Shown: one piece after another, positions 29,646 through 39,679 of the stretch | How positions within the stretch are numbered: the stretch's first letter is position 1 | Layout: the number at the start of each line of letters is the position of its first letter | Assembly: GCA_050952645.1 (NCBI GenBank) | Contig: JBMNLI010000012.1 | Span: forward strand, 287,588-351,587 | Direction: 5' to 3' | Source: Bdellovibrionota bacterium | GTDB taxonomy: Bacteria > Bdellovibrionota_C > UBA2361 > CAKMMH01 | Length of the DNA stretch: 64,000 bases | Notes under the pieces: generated by a model | Told to the model about the DNA's origin: nothing | Databases searched by the model: none | The model's input: only the letters and a program-made list of their open reading frames with translations | Made by a program: the position numbers and the translations under genes

Positions 29646-31211
29646 CTAAAATAACTTCTCTAAAATAAATGTCTCTCCACCATCGGTAACTGCTGCATAA
29701 ACAAGAACATCGTTAACGCGCCACTCTACCTTAAAAGAGCTTGAAATACAAAGACAATCATTAATATCATCTACTTTTAATTTATTAGTAGAAGCCTTAC
29801 TAGGTTCATCAAAGATTAAATCTTCACCTAAATAAACGCCGTATTCGTTAATTTGAAAATTCGTAAGAAAATAGAAATTTCCTAATTTCCCTTGAAGTGG
29901 CGCTCTTATAGCCCTAGTATGTCCATTTACCTCAAAATCTTGAAGCGAAACGATGTTTCTTAGCTGCAACGCTGGAAGCGCAATCCTAATAGTTTTAAGC
30001 TCATCACTAAAAGATTTTTCATTTTTAGATAAAAAATCTTTAGTAATAAAAAACTCAACTTTTCTACCCTTCCCAAATTCTTTACTCACGTCGATTTTTA
30101 GCGTTTCCCTATCATCAGAAAAACAGCCTAACACTTCGCCAACAACGTAGTGTGTTTTAGAAACGGTGCCATCTTGATTGTAGAAAAGACATATTTCTTC
30201 TAACTTATCAAAACGTTTATCCCATACACGACCAGCGTAAATAGTGCTATAGCCTTGCGTCTTACTAGTAGATGAAAAAACATCTTTAGTAATATTAAAC
30301 AAGCGTTTAAACTCAGCGTTCGCCTCACTTAAAGACACGAACTCTAAGCCTGCTATTTTATTGCTGCTGCCTTGTGCCTCATCTGAAATGATCTTAGTTT
30401 CAATAGCGACATATTCGCTTATTCGTGGAATAAACGACGAATAAAAATCGTTAGTCCCGAGCGATAAATATTTGTTGACGCTATTTACAACTTCTATCTT
30501 TCCGCTACTTTTAATAAAAGCAAGTGCAGGAAGCATTGAAACTGCCGACGAACCTCTTTGATAATTCATAAGAAAGTTATGAGTAAACACATCTTTTGAA
30601 AACGTGTTTAATTTATCGATAGGAGTAGCTTTCTTTAAAAAAGAACCATCAGAGGTGCTATAAATAACAGTTTCACTCTCTTTTTCAAACTGAGTAGTAT
30701 ACTTTCTACGAAGTTTTTCCGTTAATGGTAAAATTTCTTTTGTAGAACCACTCTCAACGTAGGGAGTTAGCTTACTGCTAAACCCACACTTATCGGCAAA
30801 CTCTTTAGCTTCTTTAGTCCAAAGATTTTTAGGACTTCCTAAAGCATCTTCATTCAAAGAAGTAGAAGATGAAAAAGTAGAAGATAAAGGCGAAGATGAA
30901 GATAAAGACGCATCGGGCATTGCACCTAAGCTAAGTCGCCTTGGTTTAAAGCCAAATACTGCCTCACCTAACCTCAAACTTTCTTTAGTGTTAGCGTTAG
31001 CAGTGTCAGCACTAGTAGTGCTAGCGTTAGGTTCACTTTGCCTACAAGTCGTAGGGCTAGAAGTTTCCTCTACATTAACACCAAACATGGCTACATCATT
31101 AGCAAAAGTCGTAGCAAAACCTAAAAAAAACAGAGTAATACACAAAGATGCGATAAAATTTTTCTTAATCATCGCACTTTGCCTCCTTTCTTTTCTTTTT
31201 CCTTTTATCAA
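29646..31211 (-). CDS. secreted 521-aa protein of unknown function (first gene of the higher-GC island)
   Basis: Signal peptide (IASLCITLFFLGFATTFA). Ser/Thr-rich linker. No recognisable domain. Confidence 0.5.
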   Translation of the reverse strand: MIKGKRKERRQSAMIKKNFIASLCITLFFLGFATTFANDVAMFGVNVEETSSPTTCRQSEPNASTTSADTANANTKESLRLGEAVFGFKPRRLSLGAMPDASLSSSSPLSSTFSSSTSLNEDALGSPKNLWTKEAKEFADKCGFSSKLTPYVESGSTKEILPLTEKLRRKYTTQFEKESETVIYSTSDGSFLKKATPIDKLNTFSKDVFTHNFLMNYQRGSSAVSMLPALAFIKSSGKIEVVNSVNKYLSLGTNDFYSSFIPRISEYVAIETKIISDEAQGSSNKIAGLEFVSLSEANAEFKRLFNITKDVFSSTSKTQGYSTIYAGRVWDKRFDKLEEICLFYNQDGTVSKTHYVVGEVLGCFSDDRETLKIDVSKEFGKGRKVEFFITKDFLSKNEKSFSDELKTIRIALPALQLRNIVSLQDFEVNGHTRAIRAPLQGKLGNFYFLTNFQINEYGVYLGEDLIFDEPSKASTNKLKVDDINDCLCISSSFKVEWRVNDVLVYAAVTDGGETFILEKLF

Positions 31212-31393
31212 GGAAAATTAACCTAAATAGAACTTAGTTTAAAAAATACATAAACTAAAGTTCTATAAAAAAACATACATCTAATTATACTATAATATTT
31301 TAAAATATTTTGCAAAGGAAATTTAAGCTTATTTTATAGATAATTTACTAGATAATTATAGATATACTCGTTTAAAAATATAGTTTTATCCCA

Positions 31394-33151
31394 TTAGATT
31401 AAGAATAAAAACATTATAAATAAAATAACTAAAAAAAGCGTAATACCAATAGGAGCTTTTCTTTCATTAAATTTACTAGAAATATTATTAAACCCTCTAC
31501 CTATACTACTTCCTATACTAAGAAGCTTTTTATAAGATATACTATTTAAAGATTCTAAACCTTTATCTATAGTGGCGTTAGTTTTTTTAAATAATTTCCT
31601 ATAAAAATAATCGACATCGATAGTTATCTTATCTCGTTCTTTGTGGTAAATATTATATTTCTTACAAATATATAAAGAAAGAGTAGCAAAAAATAAGATC
31701 TCTAATTGTGTAAGAATGTGAAAACTCGTGTAAGGATTATAAACACTTTCAAAAGGTAAAATATCATAAAGCATTCGATTAGGAAAAAGCCCGATAGCTA
31801 CACAAAGCAAAGAAAGCAAACCCATCGATACATACATACAAATAGGAAGTTTCTTGCTGCCATCTTCTAAATTGCAAACATCATCTTCATTATCCTTATT
31901 GTTTTTGTTATCTGCAAAATTATCTTTAAAAAAAGCGCAATACGGCACCTTAAAATACTTTACGACTGCCGCGCTTCCTATAAGCAAAAACACCCAAACT
32001 AGAGTTAAATTATTTTCAAGTGCACTAGAAAGAATCATTGGTTTTGCTACAAATCCACTAAACATAGGAAAGGCAGCGATAGAAAGCGAACCTATAACGG
32101 CAAAAATAGTAAGAAGTGGCACTTTCTTATAAAGTCCGCCTAGCTTAGAAGCCTTGCAAGTGCCATACTTATAAAGAAGCGCTCCTGTTACCATAAAAAG
32201 TAGCGACTTGTATAAAACGTGAACAAACACCTGCGAAATAGCCCCACTTAGCGATAAATCGCTCCCTATTCCTATCCCTACAACTATAAAGCCTAATTGA
32301 TTTATTAAGCTATAAGATAAAACCTTTCTTAAATCGTTTTCTAAAACTGCAAAAAAAACTGGCACTATCACCATAACTATTCCAATATAAATTAAGGCTT
32401 CCACTCCTAAAAAACACCTAATAAGAGCATACATAGCGACTTTTGTAGTAAGAGAAGATAAAAACACAGCGCCAACTATACTAGCTTTATGATATGCGTC
32501 GGTTATCCAAGTATGAAGCAAAGGAAACCCCGCATTGACTCCTATTCCTAAAAATATTAAATACGTAGAAAGTGAATTTAAACTTAACTTTCTTATAGAA
32601 AGCGATGGAGACTCGCTATATAAAAGCAAAATTCCACATAGCAAAACAAGCCCACCTATTATATGAAAAATTAAATATCTAAACGATGCTTTTTTGCTTT
32701 CTTTATGTTCTCCTAAATATATGAATATAACTGCACCGAAAGTTAAAAGTTCCCAAAAAATATAAAAAGAAAGAAAATCTCCAGCAAAAATAACTCCTAA
32801 ACTAGCCCCTATGTAAAAAAGCCCAGCTCCAATTTCTATGCTATTTTTAACGTAGCTAGAATAAATTAGTGCAAAAATGGCAAACAAATGAAAAAGAAAG
32901 GCAAAAATTAGCGTTATATTATCGTATACGAAAGGCTCTATATTAAAACCTAAAATATTAAAACTTAAGATACGCCCATTAAATACATTATCCGACGTAA
33001 ATTTTACAATAGAAAAAATGCTTGCAATAGGCACTAATAAAGAAAAATTCGTTCTAAGATTTCCCTTTAAAAAGCTAGTTATAATTCCACCTATTATAAA
33101 AATAATCGATGGCATTAGAAAAAAATTAAAATAAATATTACTGCTTATCAT
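31394..33151 (-). CDS. Mrp/Mnh antiporter large subunit (MnhA/D-like, NuoL/M/N family), copy 3
   Basis: 585-aa polytopic membrane protein with a NuoL/MrpD-like TM core. Confidence 0.7.
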   Translation of the reverse strand: MISSNIYFNFFLMPSIIFIIGGIITSFLKGNLRTNFSLLVPIASIFSIVKFTSDNVFNGRILSFNILGFNIEPFVYDNITLIFAFLFHLFAIFALIYSSYVKNSIEIGAGLFYIGASLGVIFAGDFLSFYIFWELLTFGAVIFIYLGEHKESKKASFRYLIFHIIGGLVLLCGILLLYSESPSLSIRKLSLNSLSTYLIFLGIGVNAGFPLLHTWITDAYHKASIVGAVFLSSLTTKVAMYALIRCFLGVEALIYIGIVMVIVPVFFAVLENDLRKVLSYSLINQLGFIVVGIGIGSDLSLSGAISQVFVHVLYKSLLFMVTGALLYKYGTCKASKLGGLYKKVPLLTIFAVIGSLSIAAFPMFSGFVAKPMILSSALENNLTLVWVFLLIGSAAVVKYFKVPYCAFFKDNFADNKNNKDNEDDVCNLEDGSKKLPICMYVSMGLLSLLCVAIGLFPNRMLYDILPFESVYNPYTSFHILTQLEILFFATLSLYICKKYNIYHKERDKITIDVDYFYRKLFKKTNATIDKGLESLNSISYKKLLSIGSSIGRGFNNISSKFNERKAPIGITLFLVILFIMFLFLI

Positions 33152-33353
33152 AAAAATCTTTATCCTTTAAGATTAGTTTACCTAATAAATTAGCAGACAA
33201 TACGTAAAAAAATGTTGCTAAAAAACCAACCACTCCAAATAGTGCAAAGTGTTTTTCAATATTAAAATGCACACTCGACTTATCTATAAAAAACTCAAGC
33301 ACTAAAAGTACTAAACAAATTATGTATAATAAATATGTTAAAAATTTTTTCAT
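33138..33353 (-). CDS. small membrane protein within the mrp cluster
   Basis: 71 aa with two hydrophobic helices. Overlaps the downstream gene by 14 nt. Confidence 0.4.
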   Translation of the reverse strand: MKKFLTYLLYIICLVLLVLEFFIDKSSVHFNIEKHFALFGVVGFLATFFYVLSANLLGKLILKDKDFYDKQ

Positions 33354-33373
33354 TATTTGCCTTTTTAAAAAAA

Positions 33374-34927
33374 CTAAAAATGCTTAACTACCATCTGATA
33401 AACTGCCTGAAAAGTAATATTAGTTACTAAATCTGAATAGAAAAATAGTAGTAGTGAGATAAGCGTAGTCGCTACTATCGAAAACATACATAGCATTGGA
33501 ACTTTCCTAATTAAAGGACTCTCTTTAACTTCCTTCTTACTACTGTTATCACTAGACTTATCACTGCTTTTATCAAATTCAAAAGCTTTAAATAGTATTG
33601 GAAACAAATATATAAGAGCTAAAAATGAGCTTACTAGATAAACGATAAGAAACGCTATCTTGTTTTCCCAAAGCATCCCCTCTAAAAGCATATACTTTGC
33701 TAAAAATCCTCCTGACGGTGGAAGCCCAACTAACGCAAGGCTCGCTATAAAAAAGCATATAAACGTTATAGGCATTTTGTAGCCAAGTCCTCCTATTTCG
33801 CTAAGGCGTTCCTTCCCAGTTGAAACTAAAATAACTCCTACAATAAAAAATAAAGTTATTTTAGCAAATGCGTGAGACACTAAATAAAAAAGCGCACCAC
33901 TAATCGCATAAGGATTTAGTGCAAAAATTCCAAGCAAAACATACGAAAGCTGACTTATAGTCGAATAGGCTAGCCTTTTTTTTAAATTATCTTGATTTAA
34001 TGCCATCAACGCTCCAAGTATGATGGTAATGCTTACTACTGTGCAGAAAATAAGACTTATGCTTACTGTGCCTAACTTTTGAGTTTTTAAAAACTCCGTG
34101 CCAAAGATAAAAGCTACTACTCTGTAAATAGAAAACACTCCAGATTTAACTACTGCCACAGCGTGTAAAAGAGCACTTACAGGCGTAGGAGCAACCATGG
34201 CATTTGGAAGCCAAGCATGCATTGGCATTACGGCTGCCTTTGCAAAACCAAAAAGAAACATCGATAAAAGCACAAAAATTTCTAGCGATGAAAAATTTGC
34301 ATTAGCTAAAATTCCATTTGCAGTAAAATCTAGAGTGCCAGTTTTTAAATATATATAAACTATAGCAGGTAGCACTAGCCCTATGGAACCTCCTAAAATA
34401 TAGCCTAGATATTTTCTTCCAGAAACCATGGAAGCCTTATCTTGGTGATGGGTAACTAAAGGATAAGTGCTTATAGATAATATTTCATAAAAAATAAATA
34501 GCGTTAATAAATTTTTTGAAAAACATATTCCGATTGAGGCAAAAATAGCTAGTGCAAAAAATGAATAAAACCTATTTTGTGAGCGTTCTTTTAACGTTCG
34601 CATATAGCCAATAGAATAAATGCTAGTTAAAGTCCATAAAATACTGATAATCATAAAAAATATCGTGCCACTAGCATCAAACAAAAAAGAGAGCCTTCCA
34701 TTTTTTAATAACTCGAAAAGGTCGGTAGTATAGATAAAATTAGAACTAGTCGTTTGGTAAAATAGTATGCTAATAAGAGTTAACATAAACCCTGTAAATA
34801 CCATAAAAAAATCTCTCATAATTTTAAGTTTTCTAAATATATAAATGCATGCTATTAAAATAATTGGATATATAAAGATACTTAAAGGATATAATGAATT
34901 TACTACGATACTGTTTTCTGCATACAT
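33374..34927 (-). CDS. Mrp/Mnh antiporter subunit D-like (NuoM/N family), copy 2
   Basis: 517-aa MrpD/NuoN-like membrane protein. Confidence 0.7.
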   Translation of the reverse strand: MYAENSIVVNSLYPLSIFIYPIILIACIYIFRKLKIMRDFFMVFTGFMLTLISILFYQTTSSNFIYTTDLFELLKNGRLSFLFDASGTIFFMIISILWTLTSIYSIGYMRTLKERSQNRFYSFFALAIFASIGICFSKNLLTLFIFYEILSISTYPLVTHHQDKASMVSGRKYLGYILGGSIGLVLPAIVYIYLKTGTLDFTANGILANANFSSLEIFVLLSMFLFGFAKAAVMPMHAWLPNAMVAPTPVSALLHAVAVVKSGVFSIYRVVAFIFGTEFLKTQKLGTVSISLIFCTVVSITIILGALMALNQDNLKKRLAYSTISQLSYVLLGIFALNPYAISGALFYLVSHAFAKITLFFIVGVILVSTGKERLSEIGGLGYKMPITFICFFIASLALVGLPPSGGFLAKYMLLEGMLWENKIAFLIVYLVSSFLALIYLFPILFKAFEFDKSSDKSSDNSSKKEVKESPLIRKVPMLCMFSIVATTLISLLLFFYSDLVTNITFQAVYQMVVKHF

Positions 34928-34933
34928 ATAAAA

Positions 34934-36400
34934 CTATCCTAAAAATGAGTTAATAATCACATCTATAAATAAATGCACTTTAGCTCCAAAGTATATTATT
35001 AAAAGCGAACTAACTAGTAATACCGCATTAGTAATAATTGGAAATTTACTATTTTTAGCATTTGGAACTTTTTTATAATTAAAATATATTTTTTCAAAAA
35101 ATTTAAGAAAAAAAGCTAGTAATATAAAACTTGAAACTATAAGGCTTATAACGTAAAAATAACTGTTTGCTTTAAATGCTACTAATATAAAATAAAATTT
35201 ACTAAAAAATCCTCCAGTAGGTGGAATCCCAAGCACCGAAAGAGCAGTTATAATAAAAGAGAAAAGTAGAATTTTTTCTTTTGCTAAGATATTAGTATCT
35301 AATAAATCGCTATGATTATAAATTTTATAGTAATATTCTAAAACACCTGCTGATAAAAATAGTGTAAGCATCATAAGGATATCTATTAAAATATGGTAAA
35401 GCACCGCTTTAATACCTAAAACATCTTGAAACCAAAGCGCCCCAAACATTAAGGAGCATTCCATTAAAAGCACGTAACAAAAGGACGCTCTAATGTTTTT
35501 TTGAGTAAACGCTTTTATCGAAAAGTAAATCATTCCTATAGCTGCAATATTTGGCATTAAGTATTTAAAGCCTTCTAGTGAAAAAAGATAATCTACGCCA
35601 AACACTAACACTATAACCTTTATACATGCAAACAGAGAAACTTTAGTTACTATCGGTGCCATAAGCGTGCTTACTGGGCTAATCGTTTTTGAATAAGCAA
35701 AAGGAAGCCAGCTGTGAAAAGGAAAGAATGCTATCTTTATCGATAAGCCTATCACTATAAATAGAAATGAAGCTTTAATTGAGGTCGTTTTATATAGCGG
35801 AAGAACGTAATGATGAAGCTCTTGCATATTTAAATTTCCAGTTTTTAAATATAAAATTCCAACTCCAAGCAAATAAAAGCTAGCCCCAATAGTTCCAATT
35901 ATTAAATACCTAAATGATGCTACATAACTTTCCTTTCTCCCTAATGCAATCATGGCATACGAGCTAAGAGAAACTATTTCTAAAAATACGTATAAATTAA
36001 AAGCGTCTCCCGTTATAACTATTCCTAAAATTCCAGTTAGAAAAAGTAGTAGTAATGAATAAAAAGCGTAAAACTTATCTGGAAATCTTAAATAAATAAA
36101 TTTTCTTGAATATAAAACCGTAGCTAATAAAACAAAGCTTATTATGCTTAATAATATTGCATTGTAAGTATTTAAATAAAAAGCTATACCTATGCTTTGC
36201 CCCCAACCTCCTAAGTTATAACTTCGAGAGCCATTTAGGAAAGTTTCTTTTACTCCGAGTAATGAAAAATAAATTGAACATAAAATAGACAATACGGCAA
36301 GGGGGTAGCATAAGCTTTTTTTAAAAGAGCCTATAACTCCTATTAAAAGTGCTGCTATAAATGGACATATCAATATTAATATTGGAAGTTGTGATATCAT
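34934..36400 (-). CDS. Mrp/Mnh antiporter subunit D-like (NuoN family), copy 1
   Basis: 488 aa. Overlaps the mnhC stop by 4 nt. Confidence 0.7.
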   Translation of the reverse strand: MISQLPILILICPFIAALLIGVIGSFKKSLCYPLAVLSILCSIYFSLLGVKETFLNGSRSYNLGGWGQSIGIAFYLNTYNAILLSIISFVLLATVLYSRKFIYLRFPDKFYAFYSLLLLFLTGILGIVITGDAFNLYVFLEIVSLSSYAMIALGRKESYVASFRYLIIGTIGASFYLLGVGILYLKTGNLNMQELHHYVLPLYKTTSIKASFLFIVIGLSIKIAFFPFHSWLPFAYSKTISPVSTLMAPIVTKVSLFACIKVIVLVFGVDYLFSLEGFKYLMPNIAAIGMIYFSIKAFTQKNIRASFCYVLLMECSLMFGALWFQDVLGIKAVLYHILIDILMMLTLFLSAGVLEYYYKIYNHSDLLDTNILAKEKILLFSFIITALSVLGIPPTGGFFSKFYFILVAFKANSYFYVISLIVSSFILLAFFLKFFEKIYFNYKKVPNAKNSKFPIITNAVLLVSSLLIIYFGAKVHLFIDVIINSFLG

Positions 36401-36765
36401 TCATCCTCCATTAGCCTTAAAATTTCATCTTCTTCTATGGACTTATACTCTTTACTAATTTTTTGTAAAAGAGAAAGCGCTACTGCGAGCGTAGAAACTC
36501 CTACTACTATTGCAGTAAGCATTAAAACGTGAGGAAGCGGATTTGCTATAAGTTTTGCATTTACGACATCGCTTTCAGGCACTATCGGAATATTTGCATT
36601 GTTTTTTATTCCCATAGAAACGAAAAACAAAATTAGTGATGCTTGTAAAATGCTCATTCCAATAATTTTCTTTAATAAATTATTTTTAGCCATCATAGCG
36701 TAAAATCCTAAAGAAAATAAGATAAAATAAAAAACGTAATTATATTTATAAAACAATAATTCCAT
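36397..36765 (-). CDS. mnhC: Mrp/Mnh antiporter subunit C (NuoK-like)
   Basis: 122 aa. Three TM helices, NuoK/MnhC-like. Confidence 0.7.
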   Translation of the reverse strand: MELLFYKYNYVFYFILFSLGFYAMMAKNNLLKKIIGMSILQASLILFFVSMGIKNNANIPIVPESDVVNAKLIANPLPHVLMLTAIVVGVSTLAVALSLLQKISKEYKSIEEDEILRLMEDE

Positions 36766-36789
36766 TAAAAATTCCTTAGCTTTTAAATA

Positions 36790-37608
36790 TTATAAATTTA
36801 AACCCGACTCTAATTCTTCCTCTATATTTTCTTGGACATCGTCTTCTTCTTTAAGCCCTTTATCAAAGCTACTTCCTGCGGCTAAATATATAAAGCAAGT
36901 AAACATTACGATATTAACTGTGAGTGCTACTCCTAACTCTACAAAAAGCACTCCATAAGAGCGTGCTATAGGAGGAGATACCAACAATATATTTTTTAAA
37001 GCCGAATAATCTAGAAAGTTTTTCTTTAATAAAAGACAAAGTAGACCAACGCTTGCATAAATAAGAACGCCTAAATATGCTAAAGAGTGCCTAGTTCTTT
37101 TAAAAAATCTATTAGTAGCTTTTGGAATACCAAAAGAGATAGCATAAAAAATAAAACTTGCACCTAGTATAACTCCACCTTGGAAACCACCTCCAGGGCT
37201 ATAATGCCCGTGCACTATTACGTATAAGGCAAATAGCTGTATTACAGGCATTACAAGTTTGCAAGTCGTTTGCACTACTAAATCGGAGCTTTCGGTAGTT
37301 TGAGGCAAATCTTCAACGCTACTTTTTCTCCTTTTAGGTTTAGATAATATTAAAATTAAAGCTATCGCTGCCGTTAAAATTACGGTAGTTTCAAACATCG
37401 TATCAAAACCTCTATAATCTGCTAATATGGTAGAAACGACATTAGGAATATAGGCATCTTTATATGAATTTTCTACGTAATATGGGGATACATTAACATT
37501 CGGGGGGGATAAAACATCTCCCGTTATGCGAAAATCTAACGCTAAAAAACATAAAAATATAAAAAATAAAATTGATACGATTTTATAAATTTTTTTCATA
37601 CAACCCAT
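36790..37608 (-). CDS. Mrp/Mnh antiporter subunit B-like
   Basis: 272-aa membrane protein. MnhB-type core with a C-terminal acidic tail. Confidence 0.55.
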   Translation of the reverse strand: MGCMKKIYKIVSILFFIFLCFLALDFRITGDVLSPPNVNVSPYYVENSYKDAYIPNVVSTILADYRGFDTMFETTVILTAAIALILILSKPKRRKSSVEDLPQTTESSDLVVQTTCKLVMPVIQLFALYVIVHGHYSPGGGFQGGVILGASFIFYAISFGIPKATNRFFKRTRHSLAYLGVLIYASVGLLCLLLKKNFLDYSALKNILLVSPPIARSYGVLFVELGVALTVNIVMFTCFIYLAAGSSFDKGLKEEDDVQENIEEELESGLNL

Positions 37609-37690
37609 TTAAACTATAATGTTTAATTTTTTAAAATATTTAATTTTTAATTTTCTTACTTCTTTTTATTATTATTTTATTACCTTAATT

Positions 37691-37927
37691 TTAATCTTTA
37701 GTTTTAATTCCTACCTTACAAAGCGTTGCTATCATTAGCACTGTGCTAATCCCAGCTCCTACGCAAGCTTCGGTAAAAGCCACATCGACGCCTAGCATCT
37801 TTGCTAACAAAACGCACGTTAAAAAACTATAACTCCCCAGAACTACGACTGCTGTAAAAAGATTTTCAACGTTTAGAGCTGTAAATGCAAATACTACTAA
37901 AACGAATAATATAATAAATTCTAACAT
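37691..37927 (-). CDS. small MnhB-related (DUF4040-like) membrane protein
   Basis: 78 aa, two TM helices. Position and composition match MbhD/MrpB N-domain-like subunits. Confidence 0.45.
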   Translation of the reverse strand: MLEFIILFVLVVFAFTALNVENLFTAVVVLGSYSFLTCVLLAKMLGVDVAFTEACVGAGISTVLMIATLCKVGIKTKD

Positions 37928-37950
37928 TTTTACTTTTTCCCTCTGAAAAC

Positions 37951-38352
37951 TTAAATGCTTTTTTTATCTTTATCATTTTTACTATTGTTTTTATCACTTT
38001 CTTCATCATCGTTAGTTTTTATATCGCTCTTTTTATCTAATGGGTCTTTACCAGCCTCATAGCCTGCATTTATTAAGGCATGTAGTCCCGTTGGCCCTGT
38101 AAAAAACATAAACGCAAGAACGAAAAAAACTTTTATACTAGTTAAATAAGATGATAAACTTCCATGTTCTACTTTTAAAACGTATATTATTACTGCTACA
38201 AGCATTAACATCGTAGAAAGTGAGTCGCCTTTAGAGGCAGCATGCACACGAGTGTAAAATTCAGGAAACCTTATAACACCAATAACTGCTAACGCAAATG
38301 ATATTAAAGATAAAACTAAAAGTATTATTATTACTGCATCGACGTATCCCAT
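37951..38352 (-). CDS. mnhG: Mrp/Mnh antiporter subunit G
   Basis: RFPEFYTRVHAASKGDSLSTMLML matches the MnhG/PhaG signature. Charged C-terminal tail. Confidence 0.7.
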   Translation of the reverse strand: MGYVDAVIIILLVLSLISFALAVIGVIRFPEFYTRVHAASKGDSLSTMLMLVAVIIYVLKVEHGSLSSYLTSIKVFFVLAFMFFTGPTGLHALINAGYEAGKDPLDKKSDIKTNDDEESDKNNSKNDKDKKSI

Positions 38353-38407
38353 TTTTTCTTGTTCCTAAAACTTTCTTGTTTCTAAAACTTATTGCATATT
38401 ATTGCTT

Positions 38408-38731
38408 TTATTTACAACTACTGTTGTTATTACTATTGCTACTGTTATTATTATTACTACGCACTTTAGTTGCGTGTTTTAAGAAACGCCCTACGGCTAG
38501 CAATGTTAAAAAATTAAGTAGTGCATAAGTAAGCGCTAAGTCTATATACATATCTAGCTTTCCTAATACGACGCCAATAAGCACTAAAAGAGAAACCGCT
38601 TTCGTTCCGATTATATTTGTAGCAAGCACTCTATCTATCATTGTAGGACCTCTTAAAACGGCGTAAATTACTACTAGCATAAGAGATACTAGACAAATCA
38701 TAGCTATATAAAAAGCAAAGTTTATAACCAT
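38408..38731 (-). CDS. mnhF: Mrp/Mnh antiporter subunit F
   Basis: LRGPTMIDRVLATNIIGTKAVSLLVLIG is MnhF/PhaF-like. Asn/Ser-rich tail encoded by a degenerate repeat at 38410-38460. Confidence 0.7.
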   Translation of the reverse strand: MVINFAFYIAMICLVSLMLVVIYAVLRGPTMIDRVLATNIIGTKAVSLLVLIGVVLGKLDMYIDLALTYALLNFLTLLAVGRFLKHATKVRSNNNNSSNSNNNSSCK

Positions 38732-38737
38732 AATATT

Positions 38738-39214
38738 TTAATCTTCCTTAAAAACTTTCAATAGTTTATTTTCGATAGCTTCAATGCCCTCAAGCGCACC
38801 TTCTTTTTGTAATGCGTGGATAACTAGCTTATCATCTAATAAAGAAATAGTTACTGTTCCTGGAGGTAGAGTAATAGAGTTTGCAAAAATCAACTTTGCT
38901 AAGTCGTTTTTTAACTTAGTTTTATAAGTAAATATTACGGGTGATATATTTTTTTCTATATCTTTGCTAAGAATAATTAAACTTACATTTATGTTAGATT
39001 TTATAATTTGGAAAATAAGCCAAGGAACGTAAAAAAATAATCTTATTAAAGTTTTAATATTTTGTGTAAATGAATAGTTAGAGCGAAGAAGATCTCTAGA
39101 GGCATAAGCTACAATAAAGCTTGAAAAGAGACCTAACGACATATGAAGTGCGTCAAATTTCCCATTTAAAGCTAGCCAAATTAAAAAGAATAATATAAAA
39201 AAGATAAAACACAT
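38738..39214 (-). CDS. mnhE: Mrp/Mnh antiporter subunit E (first gene of the cluster)
   Basis: 158 aa, MnhE-like (LALNGKFDALHMSLGLFSSFIVAY). Confidence 0.65.
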   Translation of the reverse strand: MCFIFFILFFLIWLALNGKFDALHMSLGLFSSFIVAYASRDLLRSNYSFTQNIKTLIRLFFYVPWLIFQIIKSNINVSLIILSKDIEKNISPVIFTYKTKLKNDLAKLIFANSITLPPGTVTISLLDDKLVIHALQKEGALEGIEAIENKLLKVFKED

Positions 39215-39411
39215 ACTTAAACCGTAATCAATTTAAAAAAAACATACTACTAGAATAGTATAAAATAATTTATAATTTTGACAAGATTTAATATTATACA
39301 AGTGGTATAAGTGGGCCCTTTAGATAAAATTTTTAAAATCATTGACATAATTTAAAAATTTCTCTATTCTACTATTTTATATCGTTAAATTGTTTGGAAA
39401 ATTTTTTTTAT

Positions 39412-39485
39412 GGGCCAGTAGCTCAGCTGGTTAGAGTGCGTGCCTGATAAGCACGAGGTCGGAAGTTCGATTCTTCCCTGGCCCA
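39412..39485 (+). tRNA. tRNA-Ile (anticodon GAU)
   Basis: Cloverleaf: acceptor gggccag/ctggccc, D-arm gctcagctggttagagt, anticodon loop cuGAUaa, T-arm ggttcgattcc. No encoded CCA. Confidence 0.85.
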
Positions 39486-39679
39486 AACAACCAACCAAAC
39501 AACCAACAAAAAAAAAGAACAAACAAAATTAAACTAAAACAAAGTAGTTGGTATGATTTGTTTAATGCTTAAAATTAGATAATTAGTATTGAAAATATTT
39601 GTTTTATATACTAACATCTTAAAAGTTGTTGTTGTTTCAAAAAATTTATAAATTTATAATTTTGAAATTTGTCTTTTAG

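Noticed and set aside
38298-38528. Plus-strand ORF with poly-Leu run overlapping mnhG/mnhF
   Set aside because: Antisense to two well-supported Mrp subunit genes. The poly-Leu comes from reading the AAT/AGT-rich tail-coding repeats in reverse.
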